Shown: piece after piece, positions 59,896 through 64,000 of the stretch
Position numbering within the stretch: the stretch's first letter is position 1
Layout of the letters: each line of letters starts with the position of its first letter
DNA from: an uncultured Spirochaetota bacterium
GTDB taxonomy: Bacteria; Spirochaetota; Brevinematia; Brevinematales; JAOACQ01
Assembly (NCBI GenBank): GCA_963783575.1
Contig: CAWAOD010000009.1
Coordinates: forward strand, 512,001-576,000
Direction: 5' to 3'
Length of the DNA stretch: 64,000 nt
The notes under the pieces: generated by a model
Databases searched by the model: none
What the model was told of the DNA's origin: nothing
What the model saw: the letters and a program-made list of their open reading frames with translations, nothing else
Translations under genes and position numbers: made by a program

Positions 59896-62133
59896 CTATT
59901 TGTTGGAAACATTACCATTTTCAATATCATAAGCATGAATCATTGCCCAGACGGCGTTTTCTCGCATATAATAATTGGCCCGGGCTTTAGAAAAATTGGA
60001 TGTCCATGCTTCAGGCGCATTAAACCAGAACTGGGGTTTTTCGTTTAACCAGATTCCGTTATAAAGGCTGCTGCCGATCTCTTCGGCCTCGTTAGTCATC
60101 CCTTCCTGTACCATACCGGCCGCGACAGACCATGCCACCCCGCCCCATACTTCGCTTGTCTGCTCCGAGGAATAATCCATTTTACCATCTGAATAAATAA
60201 CATTTACAGGGCCGAATTTTCCATTTCCAAAACTTTTAAAATTTTTCTTATATACGGTCTTGAACGCCTTTTTCACATGATCTTTTTGCAAGATATCCGG
60301 CAGACCGCAGGCCTTCGCGTACCATTGCCCGCAAAGCTGGTCAAGCATAATCCGTGTATTTTCAGAACCAGTATCCATTTTATAATAATTGCCTGTCCAG
60401 AGCTTTTTTTCAAAACTATTCCGTGATTTAATGAACCAATCCCTGTATTCTTTTGCTTTTGTGGTATCTCCCATAACCTTTGCTATCTCCTGCGCCGCTT
60501 CGCAGGCCGCAAGAAGCAAACCGCCGCAGTAGGATGTATTTCCCATCAGACTCATATTATCATAAGTCTGATCGGCTCCTAAACTGTTAGGCAACCCATC
60601 ATTATCGGAATCCTGGCTTTTAACTTTGTCAAGGGCTTTGATAATTGAAGGCCAGCAGTATTTAAGAAAATTAGTATCGCTTTTACCGGTCAATGCCCAG
60701 TCTCTATAAACCATCAGGACAAATTTTGAGTTGAGGTCCTTCCATTGTGTAGAATCCTGGTAATTATACTCATTCCATTTTGTAAAAACGGTATTGATTC
60801 CTCCGAAATCATGAGCGCAGGTTCCTATAGGCGCAGGCCTGTCTTTTCTTTCAGTTGTGATGCTGTCGCTGAACTGCCTTACGCATTGCTTGTCGATCTC
60901 AGGCCAGAACATAACCAGCGGCCAGGATCCGTAAAAACGCACATCTGAAGTTCCGTAAAACAGATAAGTAAATGATTCAAGATGACTGAACATATCCTCA
61001 TCGGGATTATCGATCTGGCCGGAAGCCGCGCCAGCTTCCCAGATAGTCCCTCCGGCGAAATAATAATAAAGTTCATTAAAAGCTGTTGTTTTAAGCCATT
61101 TGGGGTATTTTGAATTATTTAATATTTCAGACTGCCATTTATCGACATAATCTTCCCATTTCTGCCGGTTGTCCAGGGCTTCAACGGCAATTGACATTGA
61201 GTTCAGGCCCGATCTTCCGAAATACCTTGTATATTCCCTGAAGTATTTATGAGGAAAATATAAATCGGTAAGGCAGATAGGATTATCCCAGGCAAGTATT
61301 ATGGGAATATCCACAGATTCGCCGGGCTGTAAAACGGCTTTAACCGCAATGGCTCCGGTTTTATCCTGGCCTGTCTTATTACCCAATTTTCCGTCAGCAG
61401 AAAAATCCGATTCAAAGGTGTTGAGGTTGGAGGCCGAAGCATATGTTACAAGGGTTTTATCGCTATTGTCTGCCGCCATTATAAATTCAGTTTCGGACTG
61501 GCTTTTAGCTGCTTGTGTTCCATCCCTCCTGAGTATTAAATATGTTTTGCCGTCAATATTTGTTACTTGCGTATGATGCCCCGAAGAATTATTCCAGATA
61601 AACATAACGCTCACTTCAACAGCTTCACTGAATGTATTGGTGATTTCCCATTCGTATACAGCAGCCGGATAACTTGAAAGCCGGTAATCCCCGGCAATTA
61701 TAGGGCTGAACTGGCAAACCTTTGCTTTACATAAAAATTTATCGCCGTAATAATCGACCCAGGACTTTGGAAAAAGTGAATAATACATCGCCTGGTCTTT
61801 TCCCAATGAATCAGCATTTAGTTTAAGTGTAACCGGTTTTCCGCTTTGAGGTTTTTGATAAAAATAAAATCCGCATTTATCGTCAACTTCAAGGGTGTTC
61901 TGTCCGGTAAGGAATCTTTTATAAAACATTCCGTCATTCCGCCAGGTTATTGTTCCGGCTCCGAAGCCTCCGGCGGGCGCCCCGTCTTTATATCCGGGCG
62001 CCGCAACATCGCGGCTCCATGCAGTCTCAGGAATTAAAATCGACGCATGCATATGCGCCGGGTTCAATACGACGCTTAAAATCATAAAACATAATAAAAA
62101 CATAAGCAATAATCGGCCTGATTTTTTCCGCAT
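59896..62133 (-). CDS. GH116 beta-glucosidase/glucosylceramidase, exported
   Basis: GAPAGGFGAG, FSHLES, DVRFYGS, HDFG, WKDLNSKF, DQTYD, DQLCGQWY, EVWGG, PEAW, YMR. Confidence 0.93.
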   Translation of the reverse strand: MRKKSGRLLLMFLLCFMILSVVLNPAHMHASILIPETAWSRDVAAPGYKDGAPAGGFGAGTITWRNDGMFYKRFLTGQNTLEVDDKCGFYFYQKPQSGKPVTLKLNADSLGKDQAMYYSLFPKSWVDYYGDKFLCKAKVCQFSPIIAGDYRLSSYPAAVYEWEITNTFSEAVEVSVMFIWNNSSGHHTQVTNIDGKTYLILRRDGTQAAKSQSETEFIMAADNSDKTLVTYASASNLNTFESDFSADGKLGNKTGQDKTGAIAVKAVLQPGESVDIPIILAWDNPICLTDLYFPHKYFREYTRYFGRSGLNSMSIAVEALDNRQKWEDYVDKWQSEILNNSKYPKWLKTTAFNELYYYFAGGTIWEAGAASGQIDNPDEDMFSHLESFTYLFYGTSDVRFYGSWPLVMFWPEIDKQCVRQFSDSITTERKDRPAPIGTCAHDFGGINTVFTKWNEYNYQDSTQWKDLNSKFVLMVYRDWALTGKSDTNFLKYCWPSIIKALDKVKSQDSDNDGLPNSLGADQTYDNMSLMGNTSYCGGLLLAACEAAQEIAKVMGDTTKAKEYRDWFIKSRNSFEKKLWTGNYYKMDTGSENTRIMLDQLCGQWYAKACGLPDILQKDHVKKAFKTVYKKNFKSFGNGKFGPVNVIYSDGKMDYSSEQTSEVWGGVAWSVAAGMVQEGMTNEAEEIGSSLYNGIWLNEKPQFWFNAPEAWTSNFSKARANYYMRENAVWAMIHAYDIENGNVSNK

Positions 62134-62212
62134 GCTAAGCTCCTTTAAAACTAATGCTGACATTCTATCCAGTAATACAATTTATGTCAAAAAAAGGTTT
62201 AGGCTGAAAAAT

Positions 62213-63067
62213 TCAATATTTAATAACATTGGAAATTTCTTCCAGGCCGATATCCTCTCCGACGGCGCTATGAACCCAGACGGTAAGCCGCCTGCCGGAT
62301 TTTTCAACTGATAAGTACGCCTGCCTTGAATAAGAATCTATGAGTTGGCCAATAAACGGATCAGCTACAATCATTGAGTATTTTATAGTTATAAAATCCC
62401 CGGCTTTTGTTTTAATATTTTCTTCTTTTATCGCCTTTAAAAAGCCCGGCATCAATTCTTTCAATATTTCAGGGACTGACCAATACAAAATGCCAGGTTT
62501 ATCAACATCCAGAAAACATGGTGTAAAAATTGGCCCATAAAAAACATCAAGGACAGGGAAATCCGGTTTCATCATAATTTTCGTACTTTTACCTTTAAAT
62601 TCATAACCGTTCCAGCTTTTACTTTCCAATTCAATCCTATTATTATTCTTGTTAATCCGGTAATACCGGTAATATTCACCGCCGTCTTTTTCGTTTGTTA
62701 TATCCGGCCAATAATATTTTAACTCAAGCAAAGATCCCGTATCCAGGGATATTATCGCGAATCCGTTATAATTTGTGTAATTTATTGGAAGCTCTCTGTC
62801 TCTGTCAGTAAAAATTGTCTCATTATAAATCCAGGCACACCTGCCGTATTTTTTAGTGTTTGTGAGTATTGTCACAAAATACAAATCAGCAAATTTTTCA
62901 CCGTTCTTATACCTTCCATATTTTAAAAATTCTCCATTCTGAATAAGTGGATTTTGTACCGGTTTGAGTGGTATATTTTCAACCTTTCCAGCCATGGAGT
63001 AAACAAAACCAGAAATAAAAGTTTGAAATAAAATGACAATTAAAAATATGGGTATGTTCTTAATCAT
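62213..63067 (-). CDS. Secreted hypothetical protein (paralog 2 of the ADPF family)
   Basis: VENIPLKP, NGEFLKYG, WNGYE, ENIKTKAGDF, ADPFIGQL, EKSGRRL. Confidence 0.7.
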   Translation of the reverse strand: MIKNIPIFLIVILFQTFISGFVYSMAGKVENIPLKPVQNPLIQNGEFLKYGRYKNGEKFADLYFVTILTNTKKYGRCAWIYNETIFTDRDRELPINYTNYNGFAIISLDTGSLLELKYYWPDITNEKDGGEYYRYYRINKNNNRIELESKSWNGYEFKGKSTKIMMKPDFPVLDVFYGPIFTPCFLDVDKPGILYWSVPEILKELMPGFLKAIKEENIKTKAGDFITIKYSMIVADPFIGQLIDSYSRQAYLSVEKSGRRLTVWVHSAVGEDIGLEEISNVIKY

Positions 63068-63108
63068 ATAATATCTCCTTAGAATAAGTTAGGCAACCTA
63101 GCCATAAA

Positions 63109-63966
63109 TTAATGAACCAGAATATTAGATACTTCTTCAAGTTGATTTACTATACCGATACCTTGTATTCTTAAAATTAGCCTTCTTTCCGAATTTTCAA
63201 GACAAAAAAAAGTTTCTTTTGTATATGATTCCATTAACTGTCCCAGGAAAGGGTCTGCCACTAAAAAACTCAACTTTATCGCATTAAATTGACCTATTTT
63301 TGTCTGCAGAGTTTCTTTTGCATAGAATTTATAAGTAACGGGAACCGGCTCTTTCAAAATCTCAGGCACGACAAAATAAGAAACACCGGGTGAAGCCGTA
63401 TCAAGAAATCTGGGAGCAAAATATACACCGGACTTTAAGTCCCATATCGGAAACCCCGTTTTGAATTTTACTTTATTTTTTCTGATTTTCACTTCATATC
63501 CATTCCAAACTTTACTTTCAAATTCAATGAAATCTTTATCTTTTCCAATATAATACCGCCAGAAAAATTCATTATTAACTGCTTCTAAAGCACTGCCACC
63601 AACTTCATTTGTACTGCTTGATTTAACCGATTCGATTATTGAAGCTTTATCAACCGATATTAAAAGATACCTGGAATAATCCATATAAAATACCGGAAGT
63701 TTCTGATTACCATCTGCCGCAATTTCCTCAATATATATTTTTACATAGGTTTGTCCATTCTTATCTTCAATAATTCTGGATACAATGTATTCGTCGGCAT
63801 ATTTCTCTCCGGCTTTGTATTTTCCGTATCGAAGAAATTCGCCATCCTGAATCACCAGCTTAGCGGCCGGTTTCAACGGTATATTTTCCACGCTGACTGA
63901 TATGGGGTAACATACACGGATAATTGCAGCTAAACAAACTATTATTTCAATTAATTTAACTTTCAC
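63109..63966 (-). CDS. Secreted hypothetical protein (paralog 3 of the ADPF family)
   Basis: VENIPLKP, DGEFLRYG, WNGYE, ETLQTKIGQF, ADPFLGQL, ENSERRL. Confidence 0.7.
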   Translation of the reverse strand: MKVKLIEIIVCLAAIIRVCYPISVSVENIPLKPAAKLVIQDGEFLRYGKYKAGEKYADEYIVSRIIEDKNGQTYVKIYIEEIAADGNQKLPVFYMDYSRYLLISVDKASIIESVKSSSTNEVGGSALEAVNNEFFWRYYIGKDKDFIEFESKVWNGYEVKIRKNKVKFKTGFPIWDLKSGVYFAPRFLDTASPGVSYFVVPEILKEPVPVTYKFYAKETLQTKIGQFNAIKLSFLVADPFLGQLMESYTKETFFCLENSERRLILRIQGIGIVNQLEEVSNILVH

Positions 63967-64000
63967 TTTTATCCTCCCACCAATTAAAATTCTAAAATAT

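Noticed and set aside
677..62540. Numerous short antisense or alternate-frame ORFs (e.g. 16742..17059, 24560..24979, 36873..37313, 59568..59870)
   Set aside because: They lie inside well-supported genes and read as shadow frames with no motifs
1..64000. CRISPR array, rRNA or tRNA genes
   Set aside because: No regularly spaced identical repeats with unique spacers, and no recognisable rRNA or tRNA motifs by eye

Overview
An AT-rich bacterial chromosomal window, probably from an anaerobic diderm. A spirochaete is plausible from the F-Y-S-C lipobox and the Tat/TonB content, but this is inference only. Housekeeping and metabolic genes include dxr, a WecB/TagA glycosyltransferase, mtnA, a GlgC/GlgD-like gene, pyrC, D-lactate dehydrogenase, htrA/degP, a GntR-trpB-trpA operon, exbB-like/exbB/exbD/tonB behind a consensus sigma54 promoter, tatA/tatC with their likely Fe-S substrates, fur, glyA, and GH3 and GH116 glycosidases. 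Highlights: (1) a spermidine synthase fused to two tandem C-terminal SpeD/AdoMetDC-like domains; (2) an 18.2-25.9 kb accessory region that looks like an integrase-less gene-cassette array (several attC-like sites bracketing a lipoprotein and an HNH/Zn-ribbon pair), colonised by IS630, two IS1182-family elements and a 151-bp MITE stacked with an IS in the loop of one small palindrome; (3) two LytTR + 4-TM membrane protein pairs, one at the end of a TPR / membrane-anchored B12 radical SAM operon with a LytTR-type direct repeat in its promoter; (4) three paralogs of an uncharacterised secreted protein family. About ten genes carry single-base frameshifts, mostly in homopolymers, which are probably assembly errors. 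No rRNA, tRNA or CRISPR array was recognised.
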